Part shown: positions 1-12,979 of the stretch, piece after piece
Numbering within the stretch: position 1 is the stretch's first letter
How the letters are laid out: each line of letters begins with the position of its first letter
From: Haliotis rufescens
Taxonomy: Eukaryota
Reading direction: 5' to 3'
Assembly (NCBI RefSeq): GCF_023055435.1
Contig: NW_025964268.1
Span: 2,418,001-2,482,000 of the forward strand
Length of the DNA: 64,000 nucleotides
Notes under the pieces: generated by a model
Told to the model about the DNA's origin: nothing
Database searches by the model: none
What the model saw: only the letters and a program-made list of their open reading frames with translations
Program-made: the position numbers and the translations under genes

Positions 1-922
1 CCGCGTCCCAAATACCCAGACTGCACAGAATCTCCGACCAGACCGTACGAAAATGTTTAAGAGCAGTAGGTCTGCGAGCAAGACGTCCTGTTCGACGCGT
101 CATATTGAGTCGACAACATCGTCAACAACGACTGCTTTGGTGTCGTCAACACAGGTTATGGCCTCAACTGCGATGGAGAGAATGTCTGGTTCAGCGACGA
201 ATCAAGATTTCTCCTCCGTCGAGGGGATGGAGGAGCACGGGTCTACAGACGTCGGGGAGAACGTTAAGCCGGAAACTGCGTACAGGAAGTGGACAGGTTT
301 GGTGGGGGTAGCGTTATGATGTGGACGGATATCTTTCATCATGGCAGGACAGGTTTGTTCCATATCCAGGGCAATCTTACGGCTCGGCGAAATATCAACG
401 AAATTCTTCTACCACGCGTCCTCCCAATTGCAGCCAACGGCAACGGTGTATTCCAGCAGGACAACGCTCGACCGCATACAGCACGGATCACAAGAGCCTG
501 TCTACAACAACGATGATGTTCTCCCCGACCTTCCAGATCCCCGGATTTGAACCCGATAGAGCACCTGTGGAATGAATTGGATAGACGGCTACGCCGACGT
601 CAACCACAACCCCACACGTTGCAGCAGTTGGCTTTTGCGTTGCAGACCGAGTGGGCTACCATTCGCTGCCATTCCCCAGGATGTGATTCGCATAGTCGTC
701 TCTTCCATGGGCAGGGGATGTCAGGCCGCTATCGATTCCAAGGGGGGACATACGCGTTATTGATGGTAGCTGACCTTCACCGTGGACTTTTCCTATGTAC
801 CGATTACTGAGATGACAAAAATCACCAAGTGTTCTCTCCAAAACATTTTGGCTCAATACCTGTACGGTTCCTCGTATAAGTGTATTTTCCTACCTCACAC
901 AAATCTTTTTTTTTGAAGAGTG
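1..922 (+). mobile_element. Decayed Tc1/mariner (DD34E-type) transposon, 3' part with frameshifted transposase and right TIR
   Basis: Fragments in different frames give VWFSDESRF (~184), FGGGSVMMW, FQQDNARPHTARIT, PDLNPIEHLW and GGHTRY* (763). The end reads ttttttgaagagtg|TA at 922-924, a Tc1-type terminus followed by a TA target. Confidence 0.9.
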
Positions 923-1699
923 TATTTAAAAAATGATGAAAAATATGCACATGATTTTTGACCAAACATATTTTTAGTCACCAGAATATTGCATACATGT
1001 ATTACATTTGTTAAAATCGTGGAGGCAGTGGAAGAAGTCGAGCGAGTGGACTCGAGTGTTCTTCTGATATGCTGACTTATATGTGTTCATACAAGACGGC
1101 GGCAGTCCAAGCAAAATGATAAATGGTATGTCGAGTAATGAAATAAGATTATTATAATAATATGATGAAACATTACATGTACAGAAAACAACTTATTAAT
1201 AAATCTCTTTAATATATCATATATTTTAGTCTGGTACGATACTTCTCTTCGTGTGGACCATGGTTTCATTGGACAGTTCCGAATGTGAATAAGAAAGACC
1301 GCACGATTATATTGTTGTAGATATTATATTTATCCACTGTCGTTTCTGAGCGCCTTGACATGTACTCCAAAATGCGATACCATCAAAGGAATTTTGTGTT
1401 CTGTAAGGGGTTTCCTTTATTAAAATCGCAATTTCCGAATCGAGGTTGTGAAAATTAGAGCCGGATCGTTTGCCAAAGCTGCCATTGGATTGGGTCAAGG
1501 ATCCACACAGCCTTCAGGTAGATTTGGCGTTCATATCTTGACACTGAAAGGTCTTCACGCTGAGAGGTATCGTATCGTCATAAAAGATATAATTTTAATT
1601 AGATCGATTATTAATGAAACAAAGCGTCGTGTTAATGATCCAATAACAGGAATATGTCTTCACAATGATACATAAACTTTGAACTTGAACTTAACTTCT

Positions 1700-1860
1700 G
1701 TGTGATGAAGGTCTTAGACTTCTACCACTTCGGTAAAACCGACGAGCACGGGTATGGTGCTGACAAACCTAGAAACATAATCGGGGCGAACCGGAATTAG
1801 AACCCACAATCATAGGTTTCTGGCATGTCCAAGACTTGCGGCGCCTCAGACGACCATTAT
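1700..1860 (-). mobile_element. SINE family C copy (degenerate)
   Basis: Reverse complement of the family C body (aaacctatgattgtgggttc...tttctaggtttgtcagcaccataccc) seen at 14328 and 16099. Confidence 0.6.
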
Positions 1861-2416
1861 ATCAAGGAACATAAGTTAAATGAAAACAGTAACCATCTTA
1901 AATATGGCTCTTATGGTTTTCTCTTTTCTCTCTTTTATGGTCTGAAAACGAAGCAATGCTGGAAGATGAACTTGAGACATATTACACTGGATAACCGAGG
2001 ATGGTCGCTACCAGGGATATACAACAAATCCAGTAACATTAATTTAGATTAGAATGTGGCTGTATGCTCATTTTCGTTGTATCCGGAATTGGCACATCTT
2101 CAGATTTTAGGTTTTATCGATATGTTTACATGAACATATGTAATATTAAATACATTCGTTAAGTCACTGAGAGCAGACAATGTTTTTCGTCTTGCTTACC
2201 TATCTTAAAAACATATTTCGTCAAGGTCCTAACTAAAAGGAATCGTTTAACGATGCAGGTCCGGAAAGTATCATGATTGTTCTTGTATCAATGATTGTAT
2301 CAATAACAAATCCGAGAAACTTGAAGGGTGCTGTGCAAACGCGGATTACTGAGTGTTCGGATAGATTTTACGACACTTCAGTCAACTTTAGCTAATTTTC
2401 ATAATCGACGCGTTTT

Positions 2417-2590
2417 GTTTGTTTTCTTGTTTAACGCAACACACAAGAATATTCCAGCTACATGTACGTCGAAATATAATCGAGTCTGGACAATACAGTC
2501 CAACGATGGACATCATGCGGAACGATCAAAGCAACTGGGATCCGATGACATACAATCAACCAAGTCACCGAACCTGACTTCCCACAGCAT
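2417..2590 (-). mobile_element. SINE-like family B copy (degenerate, truncated)
   Basis: gtttaacgc...aatattccagcta...taatcgagtctggac...gatgacat...aaccaagtc matches the copies at 16932 and 63736. Confidence 0.6.
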
Positions 2591-2602
2591 TTATAGGCTA
2601 TA

Positions 2603-2760
2603 GTGAGTGGGTATGGTTTTACGCCGCTTTTAGCAATATTCCAGCAATGGGACACCAGAAATGGGCTTCACACATTGTACCCATGTGGGGAATCGAACCC
2701 AGGTCTTCAACGTGACGAGTGAACGCTTTAACCACCGCACGTGGCTACCCCACCGCCCCC
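2603..2760 (-). mobile_element. tRNA-derived SINE family A copy
   Basis: Minus strand has a tRNA-like head with A-box/B-box-like motifs (GGTTCGATTCC) and a tail ending aaagcggcgtaaaacc...actcac. Confidence 0.8.
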
Positions 2761-3019
2761 GTAGACGATGAAACCCACGAGTCTATGTATGGTGTTGAAA
2801 TATCAGGAATTACAACCGGGGCGTGTCATGAACGGCGGATCCGGGCATGGTTAAGGGGAGATCATAGCATCGAGGTGTAACACCAGCGACCACTGGTCGA
2901 CCCCGTGTCCGCTCGACCACACGGAGACCCGTACATAACTAATTCAGTTGGCCAATACTATGGTGGTCGAGAGGTGACATCGCTTTCTCGCTTGAGTTAC
3001 GACCGCGAGAAAGCGCTAA

Positions 3020-3135
3020 CACGAGAGAGAGAAAGCGATAACGCGAGACGACAAAGCCATAGCACGAGACCACAAAGCGATAGCACGAGACGGGAAAGCG
3101 ATCACACGAGACGAGAAAGCGATACCACGAGACGG
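3020..3135. repeat. Degenerate ~21-bp tandem repeat (cgagacgagaaagcgatagca-like)
   Basis: About 5 imperfect units visible directly. Confidence 0.6.
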
Positions 3136-3478
3136 GGTGTTTGTCATGTTGTTTTCTTCATTTTGGGGGGCTGGGGTGGGTTTTTTTCATAAGAAAGAGC
3201 TGAGATTTTTTCCAGTCATATTTTAAATTATACCTATGAAGGGACTGTTGAAATTCTCTGTATTGCAAAGCACAATCTTATAATTGTGGGTGTTCTTTAA
3301 CTTGTTTTGAGTAGTATATGATGTTACATTGTGAATGCCATAGTATTGTTGCCCGTAAATATTCTTTTTGACATTTGATTTAAGATCAACTTGTATTGTG
3401 TCTCTTGTTGTGTGCAAATCTACAAGTATGTGTACTTGCATATACAGTAGTATATGTAGTAATTTGATAAACACCTCT

Positions 3479-3657
3479 GTGAGTGAGTGAGTGATTGAGT
3501 GAGTGAGTAAGGTTTTACGCTGCCTTTAGTGATATTCCAGCAATATCACGGCGGGAACACCAGAAATGGGCTTCACACATTGTACCCATGTGGGGAATCG
3601 AACTGGGTCTTCGGCGTGACGAGCGAAAGCATTAACCAATGGGTTACCTCACCGCCC
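3479..3657 (-). mobile_element. tRNA-derived SINE family A copy
   Basis: Same body as 2603 and 63519, (tcac)n tail, and ctctgtga on both flanks (probable TSD). Confidence 0.85.
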
Positions 3658-3734
3658 ATCTCTGTGACAATGGTGTTATCGCAGTTGATATGTGTACTTG
3701 GGTAAATTACACATATGGAGAGACATCCTAATCA

Positions 3735-3735
<1 letters not shown>

Positions 3736-3811
<76 letters not shown>
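3736..3811. repeat. (GT)n microsatellite
   Basis: Seen directly. Confidence 0.95.
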
Positions 3812-3814
<3 letters not shown>

Positions 3815-5289
3815 GGTTTGTGTGTGCATTTATGTATGTCTGTCTGTGTATATATGTGGTATATTACATAACTCACATCAGAACGCAAATTGATAACAAC
3901 CAGACAGTTTGATCGATGGAGATTTGTTACATAACTATGAATATGCCTGCTTGAACAATGAGCTACTATATGTAGAATATAACACATCAGAGGGTTTATA
4001 TGAGATTTAAAACCCGAATCCAAGGTTTAACACCGAGGGGGTCAGCCAGGATCCGAACCCTTTCCGATCATAGGTTTCGGGCGTGCAATTTTATATGAAT
4101 TTTATACGTGTATGTAACTGATGATACATTTATGTATCTATGCAAATGCATCATGTACATATTTTGTTTTAATGAAAAGACATACATTATAAGGTATCCA
4201 CTCTTCATAATATTTGTAAACAAACTAATGACTGACTGACTGACTGACTGACTGACTGAATGAATCAATAGTAGAACCAGAAAAGTCAAAGGTAGCATAT
4301 CAGCCACTCAAATTCCACGCAAGCGTTATGACAAATGTGTTATGTTACCTGTAGGTAAGTGTATTGCACTTGTTCGCGTCATTCAATCTTTGCAATCTCA
4401 CAATAATGCGGAAACAAGTAAAAGGATTTTATATCTTGACTTTCATAAACCAAACGCTTTCGTAAGCGTTTTACTGCATAAACTACAAATACCTATAATT
4501 AAAGGAAACGATTTGTAGTGCTATATGTGACACATAAATCCTCGATTTATTATAGAAGGCTGGCATTTGTTTCAGGCTGACGTTTCTATTTATTAGAAAG
4601 TCGTTTGTGTGAACCAATCACCCAAGTGCTCGCTTGCTGGTTTACCCAACCAATAGTCTGCCGCCCAGACACTACATAAAAAATGAGTCCAACTCGAACC
4701 TAGAATGTTTGGGCCTGGACAGGATTGACTAAGCTCTACGTAATCAAGCATTTTCTGGGCTCCATTCGAATTTTATTATTTTATTTTGGAGATGTATATA
4801 TCTAAATAAGTTAACTTTATTTCTTGGACTTAATGTCAGGCTACTCTACCAATAAACAAATGCTTCTGGAGAATATTGGGAGTAGCCGCCCTTTGAACGT
4901 TCTCCTTTCTTATTCTTTCATTTATCCAGACCAATATAATGTTTATTGATACAATTCCCAAACTGTTCAATCGAGGTAGTACATCCGACGATCTGCTGAG
5001 AAAACTAAACAAAGTCAACATCGGATTTTGTGGTGACGAGGCTTTTATTATGCAATGTTGATACTCAGTTGAAGCCATTTTGGTTGCGTCGAATTGTTTT
5101 CATGCGTGTTTGTTCAGTTTTACATGCAAGTAATAAACGCTGTAAAACTTTTCAGTGACACGGGCTGCAGACCAATCCATAGCCATTTTTAGACATTTTT
5201 CGCACATTGTTGATTGCTGGCATGTAAACTTTGTTATGAATGGGAATATAGCGAAAGTTAGATTGTTACAATCATGATAAGCATGACCC

Positions 5290-5320
5290 AACGACTACAT
5301 CGGTTTGGATCGGAAGTGAT
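5290..5320 (+). promoter_or_regulatory. Putative housekeeping promoter of DCAF10 (ETS-type CGGAAGTG at 5311, ACTACA motif)
   Basis: Motifs lie ~430 bp upstream of a clear acceptor (ttttgtttacag|5745) that precedes the first coding exon. The TSS is not determined. Confidence 0.35.
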
Positions 5321-5925
5321 AAGTATCGTTTCATAAGGATATAGGCTAATTTCTAAATGAGAACCAGGACTATGTTAGGTTGAACATGGCTGGCTATGGA
5401 GATGTCACTGAGCGTGTCAGGTCATTAATGTGTCGTTTATTATCATTAGTACTACTGTATGTTTGCCATCATCAGTGATATAGTGAACTGTGAGTGGATG
5501 CGGCTACCTCAGTAAATGTGAATATCATTAGCCAAGTGTAAATTACTGTAAGGGGCTAATTTGTAGTGATTCTAGATAATTTCTATCCGCTGAAAATGAC
5601 CCGAGTACAGATCTCCATGGGAACACATTGTCTAGTTCTCATTTGTAGCCTCATTTGCATCTAGTTTGCAAATTGACTGCAAATTTATCCATGTTTATGT
5701 TTGATAGTCGACTGATTCTCATGATGATTGTATTTTGTTTACAGACTAGCCATGGAGCAAACATCCTTGTCACCAACAAACTGAAACTGGGACCAAAATA
5801 GTTTTCCTCAACAACCATTTAACATGTTTAGACAGTTTATTGATACCCACGCTGGCTAGGAATATCCTGAAGGAAACCATCGAGATATGACTGTCAGCAG
5901 GGATTAGTGTTTAAACAAAAGCCAA

Positions 5926-6155
5926 ATGTACCATTCTTCTAGATTTTCTAAGCCAGCTTGTCCAAAATCTACATTCATGCCATGGAAGTGGCTGCAGTCA
6001 AGGGAGACGGGATCTCCAATTCAGACTGGAGAGACAAGCAAAATCACAAAAACATTCTATTCTTCGGTGAAAGCTGTCAACAGCTGGGACCCCAACAGGA
6101 ACACAGACCACTGTCACCATGGAGGGATATTCAACTTTGATTTTTCTGCTGATGG
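5926..6155 (+). CDS. DCAF10: DDB1- and CUL4-associated factor 10 (WDR32), coding exon 1 of 6
   Basis: ORF ...WLQSRETG...HGGIFNFDFSADG ends at donor GG|GTAAG. The start could alternatively be the ATG at 5977. Confidence 0.8.
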
Positions 6156-6801
6156 GTAAGTTCTGGAAGAGCAGAAAATAATGTCGGTGGCATTACATTG
6201 CATCCCACCCATAAATATAAGCATGATCATGGTAATATATTTGGGAGAAATGATCAATTTTCTTTAAGGTTTTTGGGGTCACAGAATTCAGACAGGAGCA
6301 TGTTTCTTGTTTTGGCAAACAGTGAGGATTGGCACCTTAACTTTGAGTCAGTCGGTAAATCAGACCAATGTTTTTTGACATTCATCTGCTGCAAGCTCTC
6401 ATGTAGGAACACTGAAAGGTGTTCGATGTAAACCCTGAAAGTCAAGGGTTCTTGTCATTGTCCTCACCTTAAAAGTTAAGAGATTTAGGATGTTTATGGG
6501 GTTTATGGGAAGACCTCAAAGAACCCAGTAATTCTTAATTTGAACACTGAAAACAGATAAGTAAATAATGAATCTAATGTTGCAGCATCATTGAGATCTC
6601 CAGACATGCAACCAGTTCCATATGGACATGTACATGTTGACACAGGTGCTGTGGTAGCCAAATTGTTATAGCAAAGGCTCATCATGGCTACAATGTGTGA
6701 AGCCTATTTCTGGTGTGCTCCCCCAACATGTTAAAAAAAATGTTAAACTCTACCCACTCACTGTATAGACAGTTAACTGGTATCCATGGTGACTGTTTCA
6801 G

Positions 6802-6915
6802 GTCGGTTTTGGTGGCAGCCTGTGAGAGGCAGAGTATACTCATGTTTGACCCCTTCAATGGGAAACTCGTCGGTCACAAGGACAATGCCCATCAAGACTG
6901 TGTCAACTGTGTCAG
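6802..6915 (+). CDS. DCAF10: DCAF10 coding exon 2
   Basis: tttcag| SVLVAACERQSILMFDP...AHQDCVNCVR |gtaag; phases match neighbouring exons. Confidence 0.92.
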
Positions 6916-7324
6916 GTAAGGAAGCGATGCACTGAGCATGCAGAGGGCTTGTGATTGTAATTAGTTCACCATGACCCAAAGGGATCAGCCATTAATTATT
7001 TTTTAGGGGTCCTGAGATTTTTTCAGTCGCTGCTTCAAGACAATTGTGCTCTGAAAAGAGGAGTCAAACAATGTTTTTTTCACAGCACATTATTTTCAGG
7101 ACATTTCACATGTCCAGCAAACTTATTTTTTTGTGTCTGTGAAATCTGCAGCAAAGTTGTTTTCTTTGGTATTTTCTGAAACAAATTATTTGAAAAAAGA
7201 AAATTCTAGGTTCCTCCTCAAATTTTCAATGGTATGTCCTCAATACACAAGTGTGTCCAAGGGGGCCATGTACTGGTGACAGATCACAAATCAGGCGATG
7301 TTGAGCAACTTTGTTCATGGAGAG

Positions 7325-7660
7325 TAGGTGGATGGGTTGCCGTGTTCGGCAGTTTGGCTCCTGAGAGTTTCGAAGGCTTCGGTCCTGCCCCACACTGAAA
7401 CACGAGTCCCGTTTTGTGTCTCAGTAGGCAAGTGATTTTGTTCAGACTATGTCTCTGTCCACATAGCAGTGCATGGGTGCCAGGTAGGATGAGATGGTAT
7501 TGTGACTGTTTTCCTGCTCGGGCCTCATATGCAGCTTGAACTGTGTTTTCTCTTGGGAGCTGAGAATAACATTGGAGACTACACTGATGGGGGTAGAAAG
7601 GGTGTTGCAGTTTAAGCATATAAGTGTGTGGAATCTTGTGAATTATAAATATATACTCAT
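7325..7660 (+). mobile_element. Degenerate CORE-like SINE (family D) in a DCAF10 intron
   Basis: cacatagcagtgcatgggtgccaggtaggatgagatggt...gcagcttg...ggagctgaga matches the copy at 62290-62540. Confidence 0.5.
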
Positions 7661-8508
7661 TATCATGCAAATAATGTTTGATCAGTCCTACCATTAACAT
7701 TAGTATATTGTGATAATGCTGCTGCTTTTGCTGAAGTGAAGCTAATAATGAAGCTATCCTTCTTTTACTTTGCACTTTTCTTATGTATGACAGTTATTAA
7801 AGCCTCCATGTCTGAATGATGAGATCTGCTTGGTTCATGTGATCTTGATAAATAATGTGTATCCCGCCTTGGTATCCTGCCAACGGCGGAGTAAATCCCT
7901 TTTATTACTTGCCCGTGAAGAGATCACCTGTTTAATAAACATACAGCTTTATTACACATTGTGTAATACCAAAACGCGTGCTAATGTACTCTCGGAACAC
8001 GTTTCACGAACAAATATTGAAAGCTCTCAACATCCCTTGGCGTATTCAACGACATTGTGTGTGGAGATGATAGATCACTGGGATGAGCTTATGCACACTC
8101 GATGACCCCAGCAACCTTGTTGCTAGGCTGACGTCACATGGCATTGTTTCGCAGATGGATCTTGCAACAAAATTCAACAAATTACGTCATCGGGTATTGT
8201 GACGTCATTGTAAACTTTGAGCTGCAAGGCCCCGTTTCACAAGGCGATCGTACTCTAGCGCAACGAGAGTCTTTAGTCTAAGTTAAATTATGTGAGTTGT
8301 GATAGCCTTATCACTACGATAATTTTGTGGGACGAACGCCTGAATTCTAAAGGTGGACTATTGTATGATATTAAATTCATACGTTTCAACTTTTGACGTG
8401 TTTTTAGTATTATTCTGTTAAACTCAATTGGATTATCGTGTAGGTCTCAGCCTATTTACACTCAACAGTATAATTCTAAAAACATTATAAATGACAAGTA
8501 ATAAATAA

Positions 8509-8650
8509 AATACTAAACTCGCTCTCGTGTAAAACCAATTTTATGAAACTCGTGAATAGTTGTGGTATCTGACTCGCTTTCGCTCGTCAGATACCAGAAC
8601 TATTAACTCGTTTCTTAAAATTGGTATTACACGGGAGCTCGTTTAGTATT
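8509..8650. repeat. 142-bp imperfect palindrome (hairpin) with central GCGAAAGC on the minus strand, probably part of a non-autonomous DNA element
   Basis: Arms 8509-8575 and 8584-8650 are reverse complements apart from a few mismatches. Confidence 0.85.
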
Positions 8651-9680
8651 CTATATATATCCTGCATGAACAAGTCAGGTTGCACATGGATTTCTGAGAG
8701 GCAGAATACATCCCTTATACCATCCATGTTATACCCCACTTCGAAGTAAAGAGCCGCAATGAAAGTCATGTGACATAGTACAAGTTAACCTCAACTGAAC
8801 AGCAGCTTTCTATCTATTTTGAATTTGTTTGAACTCTTTTACAATGTCATTAAAACATGTCAGAAACTGTATGTTGACGTTAAGGGTCAAAGGTAGGCTA
8901 ACATTTAGTCTCTGAAATCTTATTTTACACAATATAATATAATTCTTGACTCTAAAAGAAATAAAAATCCCTATGCTGATTTCATGTGGAATAGAGCTAG
9001 CTAGAGCTGGCTAGACTTGCTTTTGTATGCGTTTCTAGATTATTGTTTTTTCATAAAATAAATATATTCCACAGTTATGGTGCAGGACTAGGTCAAAGGG
9101 AGACTACTCATCAAACCTTAGAGGTCTTATCCTGTTGAAAATTTTAACTATAATCTTTATCAATAAAGTCACGCACGTGATCTAAATAACAGATTATTGT
9201 CCTTACACATCACAATTAAGGATAGTAAAACACAAAACAGTGTCAAATAACAAAATTTGGTACCAGCATTTCCATGTGAAATATGTGAGGTGGGTGTTGG
9301 AAAATCCAAGATGGCTGTTACTGATGGTATATGGTCTCATATTTGGTCAGTATCAACCATCTTGGATTTTTTCTGATGGTATACAGGCTCATGTGGGGTC
9401 AGTAGTTCTGCTCTCTGATTGGTCAATCTCACTTTGAGGCATAATAAAACCTAATGTGAGGTGCATAAAACCCCATGTACACCTCGTGATCCTGCTTCAT
9501 CATATATTGTAACCCTCTACTTTCCATGCCTAAAACCCAGGTTGGAATCGCCACATGAGTACAGTGTGTGAAGGCTGTTCTTTGGTGATGATATGGCTGA
9601 AATAATACTATTGTGGCATAAAACACTCCTCACTCTTGCTCACTTTTATCGTGACTACCATGCTGGTTTCCACATTTCAG

Positions 9681-9878
9681 ATTCCTTGACACTCGAACAT
9701 TTGCCACCTGTTCGGATGATTCCACAGTTGCATTATGGGATGTGCGGAACCTGCAGCAGCGCATACGGACGCTGGAGGGTCACTCGAACTGGGTGAAGAA
9801 CATTGACTATGCCTCAAGTCTGGGTCTACTGGTAACTTCAGGGTTTGATGGCAGTGTCTACACCTGGGACATCAACAA
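9681..9878 (+). CDS. DCAF10: DCAF10 coding exon 3 (WD40 repeats)
   Basis: tttcag| FLDTRTFATCSDDSTVALWDVRNL...GHSNWVKNIDY...LVTSGFDGSVYTWDIN |gtaag, a characteristic DCAF10 sequence. Confidence 0.95.
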
Positions 9879-10264
9879 GTAAGCAGTGAATTCAAAATAG
9901 TGCAGTGGTCTCAGGTGCCTCAGCTTGATGTGAAGGGTTGCATTCCCTTAAAGCCATTATGTTTGTTTTTGTTGGAGCACATATCCGTTGAACCTATGTT
10001 CTTCAAAATTGGAAGAAAATCCAAATTTACGCATTTTTTCCTGCTGACACGTCATACACACACAATTATTTTGTGATTGTTCAGTGTTTTTGAAAAAAAC
10101 ATCCATAAAACTTATGATGCTCAATTTGACATCGATATTTTGCAGATTTGTTCATTTAAAAAGACGTAGAGAAATTCCTTGCATGATAAGTCTAGAGTTA
10201 TGTCCCTTGTCCTTGCTACACCTGAAGACAAATGGCATTGTTGGAAACAGTCCTTTGTTTGCCT

Positions 10265-10910
10265 ACCAGAGGCGTGTTCAGGAGGGCGAGCGACTGCACA
10301 AGAGTACAGTGAGGCAATATCACGCCTCTCTGAATGGGAGGCGCGTACTCGCTCTCGCGGCACAGCATCCAAAATGGTGTCGCCGGGGATCAAAACAGCC
10401 CTGTCCACAAGTGTCATAGGTTCACACATTTAATTTCATCACAAGTTTGATGGGTTCATACTTGGATGTTCATGATAACAAAGTGTTTATTTTTATTATT
10501 AGTTACATGTCCCTGTGCTGGACCAGACAATCCAGCATCGATGTGTGCAATGGGGATATGATGACATGCATCACCCAAGTCAGCGAGTCTTATCACTTGA
10601 TCCTTACGGCAAACATATGGGTTGCGGAAGACCTATTGTCTTCCCTGATCATCACGGGTCAATATATTGAAAATGCAAAAATAACTTTTTGATGGTAGAT
10701 CTGGTCTAACAGATTATTCTTTTGTCATCGGTTCCATTCTCGTCAAAGGCAAACATTTGTTCAATGTGCGACGCCATCTTGGATTACGAGGCGAACTACG
10801 CTCGATCGCGAGTACACGCTCGATCGCGAGTACACGCGTGGTTAGCCGTGTTCAACAGCGTGCACTCGCGTAATATCACGAGCGCCCGCCCTCCTGAACA
10901 CGCCCCTGGA
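10265..10910. repeat. Inverted repeat arms (~10265-10385 and ~10765-10910) enclosing a family B fragment (~10519-10658)
   Basis: cagaggcgtgttcaggagggcgagcg pairs with cgcccgccctcctgaacacgcccctg, and atccaaaatggtgtcgc pairs with gcgacgccatcttggat. Confidence 0.7.
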
Positions 10911-11289
10911 TTACTGTCTGGATGTGATGGTCTTGAGAATGTGAAACCTTCCAGCTCCTCAAAGATTTCATGTTCTGTAAATTGTGAAATTAATGCGAGT
11001 TTGAAATTAATGTGACACATTTGTAACTGGACATACTGGAGTATGTTGTCATGTCAAGTTCACTGCACACGACAGGAAACAATGACATACTGTAAATCTG
11101 GAAAGTTTTGTGCCATAAAATTATCGCTCGTGGGTAACAATATCCTTAACTACGTGTGGAAAGTTTCGCGACACCCAACTGATGAGACTACCAATGATCA
11201 AAGCTGCTTTTTACATATTTTATTTTTAAAGGGTAGGAAGCAGGGTGATGAAAAGGTGTCAGTCAGGTTTTTTTTACTATAGATAAATG

Positions 11290-11771
11290 TGTTGTAGTTT
11301 ACAAGGAAGGTTGGAGTGGCGTGTCTATATAACAGTAGTTTTATAAGGCTGGCGTATGTCTGGACTACACAGTGTTGTATACATGTACGTGTTGTTGTAG
11401 TCCACAAGGAAGTTTGGAGTGGCGTGTCTATATAACAGTAGTTTTATAAGGCTGGCGTATGTCTGGACTACACAGTGTTGTATACATGTACGTGTTGTTG
11501 TAGTCCACAAGGAAGTTTGGAGTGGCGTGTCTATATAACAGTAGTTTTATAAGGCTGGCGTATGTCTGGACTACACAGTGTTGTATACATGTACGTGTTG
11601 TTGTAGTCCACAAGGAAGTTTGGAGTGGCGTGTCTATATAACAGTAGTTTTATAAGGCTGGCGTATGTCTGGACTACACAGTGTTGTATACATGTACGTG
11701 TTGTTGTAGTCCACAAGGAAGTTTGGAGTGGCGTGTCTATATAACAGTAGTTTTATAAGGCTGGCGTATGT
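11290..11771. repeat. 103-bp minisatellite, ~4.7 near-identical copies (DCAF10 intron)
   Basis: Identical ORF-track peptides recur every 103 nt. Confidence 0.95.
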
Positions 11772-12657
11772 AAGGAAATTGATGAAATGTGACAGGTTAG
11801 TGAACTTTACTGATTATACTATTGACACTGAGTGACAACGGGTAATAAGGAAACGTGATGTGAGGGACTATAGATTTAACCATGTTATGGATGGTTTGTC
11901 AATGTGTGGAAGTGAATAAATGAAATATGACTCGATCTCCATACATTGTTGTGTTTGTTGTTGGTCTGCAAAAATAACAGCGTCATGAAATTTTTGTGAG
12001 TGTGATTCGCTCTCAGCTTTCGCAGTACTTTCCACATTAACAGTATATAACAAAGCTCACCATAAACAATGTAACTGAGTGCCAGTCTTAGACAGTGCTT
12101 GTTCCTCACCAAATTCCATGTCAAGATTGGTCAGTTTGTTTACTCAAGTTGATCCAGCTGTTAGGACAGCATCTTTGGTTTTGGTAACCTGTCAAATAAC
12201 CTAATGACTTATTATTGCAAGCGAAACACTGTTCACCTACGCAGTGAACATGCCAGTACAACAGCATCAGTTGTCAGGAATACATATTAACATTACTCAT
12301 TTCAATATGCGCTTATGGAATGTCTGGCTTTTGATTTCATGTCAAGCATTTGAATTTGTGAAAATGACAAATGATGTTATTCAATCGAGCTACTGTCCCC
12401 CCATATTATATCATGTCTACAGTCTTGGTGTTATCGTTTGGTGATTTGTTTTAATAGTTGGAGGGAGGACTACTTGAATTATTTTCATGCCACTTTTTAG
12501 GAGTGGGTCCAAATATATTAATTTCATGATTTACAGACTTTCCAACATTCATAAGGATAAAATATCTGACAGTAATTTATTCAAATTGTGTAGCAATCTC
12601 TGCTGTATGTTCCACAGTATGTGAAGGAAGTCTTTCTAATGGCTGGTGTATTTTCAG

Positions 12658-12979
12658 CTACTCAACTGAAACTACAACTCGTAAGAAGGTCTTCTATTCC
12701 AACTCCTTGATGCGCTCAAAGCTGACGCCCGATAATTCCAAACTCATCATCACCACCGCTGGGGGCTTCCTCGTTATCATCCATGACCTTGACCTAGCCA
12801 AGTTATCAGATGACCTCAGTGGGTTTGAACCAAACATCTATCGTCTGATGCAGCTGAATCCAACAAGCAGTGGCCTTGCACTGATGTACAATAAGGTGTT
12901 CGAGAGAAAGAGGAATCGAGTTGAAATCATCAGCGACTTCCCGGCAGAAAACCAGGCTGAAGTCATAGCTTCCCTCCAG
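12658..12979 (+). CDS. DCAF10: DCAF10 coding exon 4
   Basis: ttttcag| YSTETT...LMRSKLTPDNSKLIITTAGGFLVIIHDLDL...RNRVEIISDFP...IASLQ |gtagag. Confidence 0.92.

Noticed and set aside
4836-5078. 80-aa minus-strand ORF divergent from DCAF10
   Set aside because: No recognisable domain and no supporting exons.
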